DNA from: Heptranchias perlo
Lineage: Eukaryota
Reading direction: 5' to 3'
Assembly: GCF_035084215.1 (NCBI RefSeq)
Contig: NC_090329.1
Span: 62,372,001 to 62,436,000 of the forward strand
Length of the DNA stretch: 64,000 nucleotides
The translations under genes and the position numbers were made by a program. This document shows, piece by piece, positions 1-11,470 of this stretch; within the stretch, counting starts at the first letter, position 1; every line of letters starts with the position of its first letter. Below the pieces are notes generated by a model, which saw only the letters and a program-made list of their open reading frames with translations, was not told where the DNA came from and searched no databases.

Positions 1-405
1 ATGGTTTCTTGTTAATAGTAACTCACCCAATCCTCTCAAACCTTCAGGACCAACATAAAAATGAATAAGCATGCACAAGAAATCAAGCATTAGAGAAAAC
101 AGTGTGGTACTATTAGCAAGAAACCGTGGGGCAAAAATGGGATCAGTAACTACCAGTTGGTAATCAGTTCTCATACCCAGAATGCTTTCTTAATAGGTAT
201 TCACAATACAATATATTAGCTTATACATGCTATTAATAATTCCAACATAGCCATAGCTGTTCATTAGTTCTTTTCATACAGAGACTACATTAAATCATTA
301 GCATCAGCCAAAGCTACATTTAATGAACAGTAAAGTAAATTCATTTCTTAATAAAGTGATTGAAACAGAAAAAGCTTTACTGCATATAGTAAACAGAAAT
401 AAAAT

Positions 406-920
406 TTACTTGACATTGAAAACTGCATTTGTAAGTTCAGAACTTACTTTGGTTTGCAGCCATGGAGACGTTGAATAAATTGGAAATTGATTGTAACATT
501 TGGGTTCACAATCTTTAAATCTCTTCAGCTCCCCACTGATTTTATTATATTCTGCTTTTAGATATCGATGTTCATCTTTCAAATCAGAAATCTCTGTTTT
601 CAGTTTTTCATTGATTTGCTGCAGTGCCTCACACACAGCGGTCATCTGAACACCTTCACAGCCTGAATTAACTTTGAAGATATCGAGCAAAGTCTGCGCA
701 GCCTCAAACCGTGCTTTTTCATCATCACCCTCTTGATGATTCAGTGAGAAAGATGCTACAACTGATCCTTCCTTTTGAATTGTAGGACCAGCAAAAGGTA
801 CTTTGGTTCTTTTTGGAAGATCCTTCTGTTGTCTCTGGCCATACTTTTGTTTTGCCCGCTTGTGAAATGCCAAGACATTCTGGGGATAGTTAAACTGGTT
901 TCCACCATGTGAAGGCTGGC
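406..920 (-). CDS. Terminal coding exon of THAP11-like gene (linker, coiled coil, stop)
   Basis: Inside the 188-aa ORF 406..972; pyrimidine-rich acceptor TTTTCTTATTTCTCTTCAG|GC is phase 1, matching the THAP exon donor; heptad-like segment EALQQINEKLKTEISDLKDEHRYLKAEYNKISGELKRF; TAA stop at 408-406. Confidence 0.75.
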
Positions 921-2697
921 CTGAAGAGAAATAAGAAAACTTGCTGATTTTACACTTCATACCTGTCAGCAAAGGTATGAAACCATTTAATATGAAGAAA
1001 AACTATAGTTAACAGAAAAAAATGGTAAAATAACCAGGATGCAATTAACGTCCTTACTATACAGTGACAGTCTTTTCATTATCTATCTGAAAGTAATTTT
1101 AACGTTTCTTTCTTATACCCTTATTTTGAGGCAGTGTACTTTCCTCTTCAACCAGATGGTCCAAGCACTTCTTCACAGTTGCCACCAACACTGGTTGATA
1201 CAGAGCAACATGAGTTATGCTCCTGTGAGGTAGGATTGATTTCCACAGATTAACATTTTCCTTCTTCCCAGGAGCTCAGCCAACACGGATTTTACACCCA
1301 GATTCAAATAGCAATTAAGACTGTAATTCGAACCTGGGTCTCAGTAAACGCCAGGGCTTTAGAATTTTAATAGGGAAAAAGTTATTTATGTCTGATAAAT
1401 GGATAACAATGTGAAGTATCGTTATATTAATGGCACAATGCATGGTATTGTATTTAATTATAATTAAAGATTATTGATAATATACTGTAAATGGTCTAAT
1501 GTGACTACTCTCAACTGCAGGTTGTAGAACTGCTCCAAGAATGTAAGTACATTGAAAGTCTCATAATTCTCTATAATCTGAATTAGTTCTGGGAGAAAAC
1601 AATTAATTTGTAACAGATATTTTGAGTCACATTCAAATGAATCCAGTTACTTATATTACTCTGTCTACAATATGATACCTCAAAGATCAAGAGTCCTTCC
1701 CTCAGTGGAAATAACACAAGCCTGACTCTGTGAAGTAGCAGGATAGAGCAAAAAAAAAATGTTAACTTATTCTTGGCCACTCAAGAGTGATAACTGTCTG
1801 AGAAAGTATATGTGCACACAGAACCTGAAACTTATATGAATACAATTGCATATGTGGATTAGTAGCTATATAAATATATTGAATTTTTGCAGCAGAAATT
1901 AAATTTAAATGATTATGGAACACTGCAATCAAAAAAGATATTTTAAAATAATACAACAGAAAAATTATTTTTTTAAATAAAGAACTACTTTTTGTTCACA
2001 CAGAAGACCAACTGTTGCTCCACAATCTAAGTCATTACTGGGCAAATGACACCACCCTAGCTCTGATTACTGTAACGGGCATATCTGCTTATTTAACAGT
2101 GTAATGACACACATCAAAATGTTTTCACTGCTTTTTGGGTTAAATTTATGAATAATGTCAAAAGCTGAAAATACTGAGAGGCAGCACTGAAGGCTCAGTT
2201 GTAAACACACTGCCCAGTGTCATACTGAGCCATGTAGACCAGGAGGATCCAAGGTTAATTTTTTGATCTGCACATAATAATTTTTAGATAATGGGTCCAA
2301 TGTCTATAAATATATATTTGGTGAAACATATACCTTTATATGAATGAAAAGGACAAGTAGTCAAGTAGTGGAATATGGGTATGGAGGAGTTCTGAAGTCC
2401 TTTCCAGATCTACTTGGACGCTTCCAAATTCATCCTTGTGCTATAATTTAGGATTCAGAGAATGTGCATTTGGGATCCATTTTAGGCAGGTCTCAGCTCA
2501 TCTTTGCTCAAGCATAACAGCATTATGGTCATGAAAATTAAAACCAAAATTGGCCCAACAAAATAGAGCATTCACTTTCTCTCCAAGTCCTCCTCTCTTC
2601 ACTCTCCAGTACCTGGTCTTCCTGCCTCATTCTCGCACATCTCTCTTTCCTCCACAGTTTTCTGCTTCTGAATTGTGCTTGTACAAATCAGCAGCAC

Positions 2698-2810
2698 ATG
2701 GAGCAGTCAGCATGCATTAAAATTTCCTGCTCTCTGCAAAATTACCTCATCAATCACCACAGCTCCCATAGAATACTAAATTTGATTTTAATGTATGCTG
2801 ACTGTTCCAT
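2698..2810. repeat. Inverted repeat/hairpin (26-bp arms)
   Basis: atggagcagtcagcatgcattaaaat (2698-2723) pairs with attttaatgtatgctgactgttccat (2785-2810). Confidence 0.7.
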
Positions 2811-3263
2811 CATGCACTACTGCCTCTGCACACAAGTGTTAAGCAGGGAGCAGTACAGGTGCTGAAAGAGTGGCACTGATGACTCCAAAGCAGACAGGCA
2901 AGCAGGACTAGGTCAGAAGCAAGTGGGTGCACTCCCCAACAGTGAGTTTCAGAAACATCCACTCAAATGGTACAGGTGTAAGATGTTCACCGCTCCTTCC
3001 CTCCCACTCCACCCCCTCCCCCCCCCCCCCTCCACACCATTTGAACTCCCATACAGGGACCTAAATTTCTTTATACATGAGCATGTACGATAGGCTGATC
3101 ACAAGTGGGTCATCATACAAAATTACTACCCTCTACATGTCAAACATGTCTTTGGTGCCACTTGTGGTAAGACAGAAAAATAGCCTAATATGAGGCAAGA
3201 ACTTACACATAAAACCTATCTTTACACATGATGTGGAGATGCTGGTGATGGACTGGGGTTGAC

Positions 3264-3317
3264 AATTGTAAACACCAAGTTGGACTATAACTTGGTGTTG
3301 TAAAATTGTTTACAATT
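3264..3317 (+). mobile_element. Short Penelope-like terminal fragment, partly palindromic
   Basis: ggactataacttggtgttgtaaaattgtttaca is the reverse complement of sequence at about 22170-22202. Confidence 0.55.
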
Positions 3318-3826
3318 ATCTTTACACATGCAGTGTTAATCCTATTTATAGCTTGATGGCGTTGAGATTGGCTGGTGACTGAAAGCATTCATTCAGAGGT
3401 GACTAGCTTCAGCTTCAGTCATGCGTGCGAAACAGAGTAGCAGCGGGATGGGTATGCTTTCACTCTGTAATACGCAAGATATTGTATTTTTAGAATGACT
3501 AGAAATAAGACAGCTCTAAATGATGTCTTACTTAAAATTATGGAAACACTAACCATAAAAGGACAGTATAATTATTATTAGTGACTACTCCCACTGCAGT
3601 CATTGAACACATTTAGGCTATTGGCACCAATATGCCAGAGGAAGAATTCTACTTTTGATACTGTGTTTATATACTTCTTGTACAATACTCTTAATCTATC
3701 ATCTCTACTTGCTGTCATGAACACCAGTGACAGACTTATAACCATCAGACTTCATCATGGTCTTTGTCACATTTCAGGATCTTTTGGCTATTTTTCCATT
3801 AAAAAAGATTTGAAAAAATGTTGTGT

Positions 3827-4435
3827 TGTAAAGCCCACTATTTTCGTGAAAATAAAGGAAAAAGGGGATCCGAGATGGCAGGTAGTTAAGATGCTAATGA
3901 GCTAGCTTTGATGTTGATTCCTCATGGACTGCAAATAATAAGCAATTTATTAGCTCGTCTCAGTAATCGATAAACGTCCTACTCCCACTGTGTCAGAAGC
4001 TTTCTGATCACTTTCTGGGTGAGAACTGCCAGAAATAGAGAGAGAGACTGGCACTAACATAAGACAGCCTGGCTTTTGGAAACAGCTTGCTGCGGAGGCA
4101 ATCAGACTGAAAAAATCAGGCTCAGGAAAAGGAAGGAGATGGCAGGAAGAGGACATTCTTCTGTGAGCTGTAGTACGGAATGCAGACGAGTTACTCTGTT
4201 TGAGTTAAATAAGATGACCCATTGAAGTTGGAGATTATAGTGTGTTCATCAGCACCAAGATATGTTTTACCGATTGAACTAAGTAAATTCCATCATTATT
4301 GTTGCTCTCTGTGTTCACCTTATTGTGTAATAAAGCAGATTAATTATTCATATTGTATTGGCTCAGTTTGGAGAGATTGAAAAAGTTCACATGCGAAATA
4401 TATGAGTATCCAATCCAGAGAATGCTATTATTACA
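3827..4435 (+). mobile_element. Possible solo-LTR-like element
   Basis: TG...TTACA ends, internal AATAAA, 3' part resembles the reverse complement of 5317-5520; no target-site duplication found. Confidence 0.3.
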
Positions 4436-4489
4436 TCCCAGGTTATGTTATCAAACAAGTAAATATAGGGCAGTGTAAGTCAACTCCAA

Positions 4490-5234
4490 TTAATGTGTAC
4501 CTACCATGTGAATGGAAATTTCTGGTCTGAATTCAGCTTGAAGAGAAGGAAAGGATAGGAAAGTAAAGGATAAACAGCTTGTGATGGGTGAACTAGGTGT
4601 TTCAGTGGTGAACATTGTCCTTTCACCTCCGAGATGTGGACTTGAATAGTCATGTGATGACATTAGCTCTCTAGTCATGACTGCTGAAGGGAGCAACTGA
4701 GGCCACTAAACCCTAGAAGATATCTATTGGCAAATAACAGACTTACATGGCTCAAAATGTTCTCTTCCAACACAACCTAAGTTTGGAAGAACAAATATTT
4801 GTATTTGTACAGGTGAGTGCTTTTCCAGGTCAGGCATAATTTGGACCAGGTTCAAGGTAAGTTCCTCCAACAATGCCCAATAATGTATCTCAGCACCAAG
4901 GTGCTCATAGCAACACTTCTATTGCACTGTGACATTTTCATTTCACATACTGGCCATCCTTCAAGCTTCCGAATAACTGTGAATTTAGTTCCACAATATA
5001 TGCTATGAAACTGGGTTGATACACCCCAAATTCACTTTAGTTAACAACGTCACGACTACAGAGATAATGTCATCTCATCACATTCAAACCAAGATCTGAG
5101 GTGAAAGGACAATGTTCACCACTGAAACATCTAGTTCACTAATCACAAGCTGTTTATCCTTTACTTTCCCATCCTCTCCTCTTTAAGCTGAATTCAAACC
5201 AGGAATTTACATTCACATGGTAGGGACACTTTAA
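4490..5234. mobile_element. MITE/non-autonomous DNA transposon, TTAA-flanked (Kolobok/T2-like)
   Basis: Imperfect terminal inverted repeats of about 195 bp (4490-4685 vs 5041-5234), TTAA at both outer ends, no coding capacity. Confidence 0.75.
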
Positions 5235-6581
5235 TATTAAACATACTGTTACAAGTTTTGGATCTGCCTTAGATATTCTCTCTCCATAGGCAGTCTGTGC
5301 ATCATATGAGCAGCAGTGTAATCATACGGCCCAATATCTAATTATACTATAGCGTAACTCTGGAGTGTAGTAATCTGATCTGTCTTTTGCATGCACCCTC
5401 ATGCACTTCTCCAATCTTTCTGAAGGTGGATTGAGAAACTTTAGTGAGACAAGACCAGATATGAATGGTTAAGCTGCTTTATTTTAGACAGTAAGTGAAT
5501 GTACAGAGTAACAGATGTAATCAAATCTCATCTTGTTTCAATTAATTACAGAACCTTCAAGACAAATAATAAAATTACACCACACCATCCCAATTAGCAA
5601 GTTTGCTTAACTTTTCCCTGGTCATCCTTCTGATCCTGTCCGGTTCCGGGAACAGCAAGTTTCCCCTTGCTAGACCAGGCTTCCTCCCCAGACCTAGCTG
5701 GCTGACCCACTGCCCATCTGTTCCCAGCCTGTGAGAAGGCAGTCCATATGACTTCTTCCCCGTTCAATGATTCGCAAGTAGACCTGGCAATAAAACCAGC
5801 TACCTCTCCTCTCTCATTTGCTATTCTCAAAATGAATAAGGGCCAGTCCAGCTTAATGGGCCTGGGATGAGACAACTGACCTTCACTGTCTCTATCCGAA
5901 GTGGAGAGTGATCCATGACAGTCCACAAACTGGCTCGTCTAACTTTAATACACAGGTTCAATGCCTGAAGCCTGTGCCCTTTTTCTCAACCTGTGTCAAT
6001 TCACTGTTTGATATGTACCTGTCTCAAGTATTGAATCACCAAATAACAGAATCCTTACAACAAGCTGTCACACAGATTGGTTAAAATGCTGTCGAAGGCA
6101 CTTATTTTGAGAAGATAGTGTAATCAGAGAAGTCGATGAAAGATGAGTGAAAATGCAGAGGTTGCAAGAGTACAGAGAAACTTTAAGTTTAAGAACTCCA
6201 CTAATGAATAAGTCAGTCTGTCACTTGTATGCAAGAGTTAAGTTTCTGAGAACAGAAGCAAGGTTTGTGGTACCAAGATTGAACAGACATCAGAAGGCGG
6301 CCAAACTATTAGGACATCAGATGGATGATGCATCGCGCTGACATCCCGAGACAGACCTGAGTATCCTAGAAGGAGGGGAGAGCACCAAACCTACTACACC
6401 AACTTGGAAGGGATGAGGTGTAAGATTAGGAATCTTTGCTAAAGCTGCAAGCTCATCGCCAATAAGATGAACTAACTGGACTTTTAATGTATCTAATAGA
6501 CTGTTAACTTTCAGATATATACAGAGCCTAATCTAAAATAACCTTATTGACTTTATATCAATCTTGGACATTGAGTACAAT

Positions 6582-7157
6582 TAGGAACATAGGAACAGGA
6601 GTAGGCCATTCAGCCCCTCATGCCTGCTCCGCCATTTGATAAGATCATGGCTGATCTGTGATCTAACTCCATATACCTGCCTTTGGCCCATATCCCTTAA
6701 TACCTTTGGTTGCCAAAAAGCTATCTATCTCACATTTAAATTTAGCAATTGAGCTAGTATCAATTGCCATTTGGGGAAGAGAGTTCCAAACTTCTACCAC
6801 CCTTTGTGTGTAGAAATGTTTTCTAATCTCGCTCCTGAAAGGTCTGGCTCTAACTTTTAGACTGTGCCCCCTACTCCTAGAATCCCCAACCAGCGGAAAT
6901 AGTTTCTCTCTATCCACCCTATCTGTTCCCCTTAACATCCTATAAACTTCGATCAGATCACCCTTTAACCTTCTAAACTCTAGAGAATACAACCTCAATT
7001 TGTGTAATCTCTCCTCGTAACTTAACCCTTGAAGTCTGGGTATCATTCTAGCAAACCTACTCTGCACTCCCTCCAAGGCCAATATGTCCTTCCGAAGGTG
7101 CGGTGCCCAGAACTGCTCACAGTACTCCAGGTGCGGTCTAACCAGGGTTTTGTATAG
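6582..7157 (-). mobile_element. CR1 LINE 3' fragment (young copy)
   Basis: ORF 6663..7175 LYKTLVRPHLEYCEQFWAPHLRKDI...FYTQRVVEVWNSLP is the CR1 ORF2 C-terminus; typical 3' tail. Confidence 0.92.
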
Positions 7158-7366
7158 TTCGAGCCCAGCTGGCACTGAGTTACTGTGATACGAATGAACC
7201 TCAGATGTTAATTATATCAGTTAATAATGTCTAGCTAAGTACCTTAAATACTCTTACTGATCAAGATTCTGATAATTGTATTATAAGTACGTTAATAAAG
7301 AAATGTTAGTTCATGATTTCATGATCTGACTTCCTATCTGATGGCTGGCAAGGAGAGGTTAGCTTA

Positions 7367-7809
7367 AAAAAGAACTTACATTTATATAATGCTTTTCAAG
7401 ACCTTAGAAAGTTCCAAGACGCATCACAGCCAATGAAGTATTTTTGAAGTGATGTTACTGTTATAATGTAGGCAAGCCGACCAGCCAATTTGCAAACAGC
7501 AATAAGATAAATGACCAGATGATCTGCTTTAGTAATGTTGGTTGAGGGATAAATGTTGGCCAGGACACTGCCAGAATGCCCCTGCTCTTTGAATAGTGCC
7601 GTGGGATCTTTTACATCCACCCGAGAGGGCAAACAGGGTCTCAGTTTAACATCTTATCCAAAAGACGGCACCTCCAGCAATGCAGCATTCCCTCAGTCCT
7701 GCACTGAAGTGTCAGCCTAGATTATGTGCTCAATCTCTGGTGTAGGACTTTAAATCACAACCTTCAGACCCAGAGGTGCAAGTGCTACCACTGAGCCAGG
7801 GCTGACACC
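7367..7809 (-). mobile_element. tRNA-derived DeuSINE (SacSINE1/AmnSINE-like)
   Basis: Minus strand starts GGTGTCAGCCCTGGCTCAGTGGTAGCAC (A-box-like); central gggtggatgtaaaagatcccacggcactattc resembles the Deu domain; L2-type 3' tail. Confidence 0.75.
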
Positions 7810-8555
7810 TCATTCACTCAGTAGATTACATGTACCCTATCAGGCGGTTAAGATGGTTCAAGTGAGATACCCGCAATCTGCGTAACAAGCTTAAGCTGCT
7901 ATTTTCGACTATAAATGTGGACATAGGAACTAATAATAGATAAAAGTTGACACAGGAAATGTGACAAAAAATAACAGGAAATCAAGTAAAGCAGATAGGA
8001 AATGCATACAAATGTAAGATTTTTAATGCATTTATAGATTTTTAACGTATTCTATCAAATTTGACTCAGTTTCTATGACCCTCATAGTTGAATAGCTCAC
8101 AACTCAGGTTTAGACATGAAGGCCTCGGTATTAACCAGCACCCCCACCCCCGCCCAGCCCCCCAAGATGGGCAAGGGTCGGGGGGGGGGGGGGCGTTTAA
8201 AGAGTTAAATACGTGGAACCCGTCTCCAACACACATGCACACGCCTGCTGTCTTTTTTACGATGGCGGGTTTCGTGGCATCCCGCGTTTAGAGGCAAGAC
8301 GCTTAATTAACATTTAAATCGGGCTCCCACAGTGCAATTGGAAGCCCAATTTAAAATTTACTGCTGCTGCGCAGGTTTCCCAGGGGTCGGGAAACCCGGC
8401 AGTGGAAGGGAGAGAGGCGGGAGCTGCCGGCTCCGCAAGGAAGTGCCTTTTTCAGCACTCCTTGTGGGCTAGGACGAGCAGGCGTGAACCCCCCGACCCC
8501 TCAAGGAAGCCTTCGGCCTCCCCAGCCCCAGTCGCCAACCTATCACTCACAGCCC

Positions 8556-8995
8556 TCCCGATCGCGGCCTCCCTCTCTCCCTCCCGATCCCGATCGCGGC
8601 CTCCCTCTCCCGATCGCGGCCTCTCTCCCTCCCTCCCTCCCTCTCCCGATCGCGGCCTCTCTCCCTCCCTCCCTCTCCCGATCGCGGCCTCCCTCTCTCC
8701 CTCCCGATCTCGATCTCCCTCTCTCCCTCCCGATCTCGATCGCGGCCTCCCTCTCTCCCTCCCGATCTCGATCGCGGCCTCCCTCTCTCCCTCCCCCTCC
8801 CGATCGCGGCTTCTCTCTTCCTCCCNNNNNNNNNNNNNNNNNNNNNNNNNNNNNNNNNNNNNNNNNNNNNNNNNNNNNNNNNNNNNNNNNNNNNNNNNNN
8901 NNNNNNNNNNNNNNNNNNNNNNNNNNNNNNNNNNNNNNNNNNNNNNNNNNNNNNNNNNNNNNNNNNNNNNNNNTCTCTCCATCCCCCTCCCGATT
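8556..8995. repeat. Pyrimidine-rich minisatellite (ccgatcgcggcctccctctctccctc-type units)
   Basis: Repeated CCCGATCGCGGCCTCCCTCT units running into and out of the N block. Confidence 0.9.
8826..8973. other. Assembly gap (148 N)
   Basis: Run of N inside the minisatellite. Confidence 0.99.
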
Positions 8996-9982
8996 GCCGT
9001 GGACCATCTCCAAGAGTCCGTGGCTGCGGCCTCCTGTCGCTGGTGTTCCCTCCACGGTCACCAATTCAATAGGAACTTTCCAAAGGGAATTGGGTATATA
9101 CTTGAAAAGGGAAAAATTGCCAGCACAGCCACAGTGGGTCAAATGGCCTTCTTCTGTGGTATAAGATTCTATTTTCTCTCTTCTCCCCAATTCATGTGTG
9201 TCTTCTAATTAAAATATTTTTAGGCATCTCTAGATTTCTACCTCGATCTGTCAGATCCTCTTACCCACAACCTGTCCCTGAACAGCTGCAATATGTAACC
9301 AATAGATTGCTGGAATTCTTTTGACAGTAATATATTTTTAAAAATTGATTTCTGCCTAGTTTTCATTATCTTGGATATCTATTAATATGGTATTTCAGCA
9401 TACAAAGCTAAAATATGCAATTGAACACAGAGTCTTTTTCCAAAAGATCAAGCGCAATCTGGACAATGGTGGAATTTTCCCAATTTACAAAATATCTGGA
9501 GGGAAGTGAACTCTGAACTTTAGTTTCAAAGAAGATAAAACACTGATTTCATTTTCCCTGGGCCCTCAAGCCTAATTCCAAGATATTTATTTACTATTAT
9601 AATTTTCAATCCTAACTGAATTTTATAATAGGAGCTACTCCACTCAGCTGCCAGGCATTCAGTACACAGCCTAAGAGATGTTCTGTTCAACTGCGTCAGA
9701 TGCTAATACCCTATGTATAGTCAATATGTGGAGTTGAATTTGCTCCATTTGGCTCATAGACATTTAGATTGAATCTCTACCTTCTGATAAATCCTAACTG
9801 GAGGCAATTCATCAAGGTTTTCCAGTAATTCTGAAGTGACATCCCTGATTGCTGACAAAATAATTCTGGTCAAGCAATATGGAGCAATGAAAGCAGGGGG
9901 AATAATGCTAGAAAATGATCTAACAATTAAACCAGTGTGAACATTTCTGGCTGGCATCTGACAGAGAGACATAAAAACTTAC

Positions 9983-10021
9983 AGGGCAAGCTGGATACCA
10001 GAATTAAGGTGGCAGAATTTA
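9983..10021 (-). CDS. Candidate 39-nt micro-exon of THAP11-like gene
   Basis: TCTTTTTAG|TAAATTCTGCC...TTGCCCT|GTAAGT; symmetric phase 1-1; open frame VNSATLILVSSLP. Confidence 0.45.
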
Positions 10022-10967
10022 CTAAAAAGACACAATGAATCAGATGTCAATAAAATATTGCCATCAATAGTAGTATAAAACTGATCAGTTTGCAACTCAT
10101 GCCAATATCCTTGAGCTCTGCTGTACTCAGAAAGCTTTGTATAACAAAGCACAGGACTATTAGCACTCACTAAAAATAGACCTGACACGGTACAGTATAT
10201 GCTGCCACTGCAGTAATAATTTTTGTTCATTTTAAACTCCACCTCACAAGTTTCATTAAATAACTAGGGCAGTGTGATTCAATGTGCTGTGCCACTAGTG
10301 GCAGAATGTGCAACTGAGCTTAAGTGGCCTCAGGAGAATTCCTGTCAAGGATGTGCTGGGAGGGTGGTGTGAGGGGGGGATGGTGGTGGTGGATATTTCT
10401 AAATCTTTTCTTAATACCTCTTGTTCTTGTGATTTCTTGCCTGACATGTGCACACAGAGAGGAAAAAGACAGAGAGCAAAGTATCCCAGGCCGCTGGTCA
10501 ACTATAGTCACCTATTCAATTGGCAATGGAACATATTGCTTTCTTGTCCTCTCAGTGAGGGAATGACATGATGCAGGAAGCTAAAATTAAATCAGCTGTA
10601 TCCTAACCTCATTTAAAAACAGACTATCAAACCACAACGTCATCACAAAATACTCAATAAAAACTAGTGAATTATAGAACACAGTTACACAACTGAAGAG
10701 TTCAGATTACACTGTGAACAAAAAATATTGCAGCTGATATGATTGAAATCTCCAGATCTGTGCAATTAATTTACCAGATGCAACAAACATGCCTGACAGT
10801 GGGAGACTGCACCTCAAGACAAAATGAATCACTTTTTTAAAAAAAAACTGAACTTTCCACTTGGTGATATTGTGTTGCTCAATTCAGCACGGATTAAACT
10901 TTTGTCTTGACCTCTGGCGTCCATTTACTGCAAGGCTGGAGTGAAGTGCCTGTGCCTGTGCCTGTAC

Positions 10968-11283
10968 CTGGGTGTGTTGGATCCCTCGCACCGGGCAGCA
11001 GCAGCCTGGGCTGCTCCTTCCTGCGGAATCCCTCGACCTTCACGGGGAAGACGATGGGCACATTGTTCATGTAGGTCTTCTTCCCACCGGGGAAGTGAGC
11101 GTCGCAGACTTTGTGATGGGCTTTGGGCCGCCACACGCTGAATTTCCTCTCGTCCAAACGCGACAGGTTTCTGATCCAAACGCCTCGGAGCTTCTCGTCT
11201 TTGGGGAAGACGTGAAAGGAGAGCTCCTTGTTCTTGAGCGTGTTGTTGAAACAGCCCGGGACGCAGCAGTAGGTTCCCACCAT
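10968..11283 (-). CDS. First coding exon of THAP11/Ronin-like THAP zinc-finger gene
   Basis: MVGTYCCVPGCFNN...FHVFPKD...W...KVCDAHFPGGKKTY...VPIVFP shows the C2CH signature, conserved P/W/F and an AVPTIF-like box; Kozak atcATGg; donor CAG|GTACAG, phase 1. Confidence 0.9.
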
Positions 11284-11339
11284 GATCACCAAGGAGCTGG
11301 AGGAGGAGAGGAGGAGGAGCTGGAGGGAGGGGGAGGGGG

Positions 11340-11470
11340 GGGGGGGAACTCACATCCCGGCCTGCACCGCGCCCACACAGCCGGGCATGCGCACTGAGCG
11401 CCGGGGGGCGGGCTCGGGCATCATGGGAGCTGTAGTTTTTTGTTCCTCGCTGACAGGCCAGAAGTGAAAC
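11340..11470 (-). promoter_or_regulatory. CpG-rich promoter of THAP gene with ZNF143/THAP11 (SBS2), NRF1-like and GC-box motifs
   Basis: Minus-strand ACTACAGCTCCCATGATGCCC at 11416-11436; GCATGCGCA at 11385-11393; GGGGGCGGG near 11404-11412. Confidence 0.8.

Larger units (their letters stand above)
8120..9050. mobile_element. GC-rich non-autonomous DNA element (Harbinger-like terminus) carrying a tandem repeat
   Basis: Left end ggcctcggtattaaccag resembles gggctcgatattaccagg at 17239, which precedes a Harbinger Myb-like ORF. Confidence 0.45.

Noticed and set aside
1130-1229. Possible plus-strand exon (AVYFPLQPDGPSTSSQLPPTLVDTEQHELCSCE|GTAGG)
   Set aside because: Weak acceptor, no recognisable homology, no partner exons
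7770-7809. tRNA gene
   Set aside because: Degenerate tRNA-derived SINE head, no cloverleaf
8402-9208. Four overlapping RS/RE-rich ORFs resembling SR proteins
   Set aside because: Translations of a low-complexity tandem repeat spanning an N gap
9754-9972. Minus-strand ORF with acceptor as an extra THAP exon
   Set aside because: Stops early in the phase required by exon 1 and lies only about 25 nt from the micro-exon donor
10894-10967. Unspliced THAP-only ORF ending at 10894
   Set aside because: Tail is a (GGCACA)n low-complexity run after a good donor; the spliced model fits better, though intron retention is not excluded
10925-11397. Alternative-frame and antisense ORFs over the THAP exon
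   Set aside because: Shadow ORFs of a GC-rich coding exon
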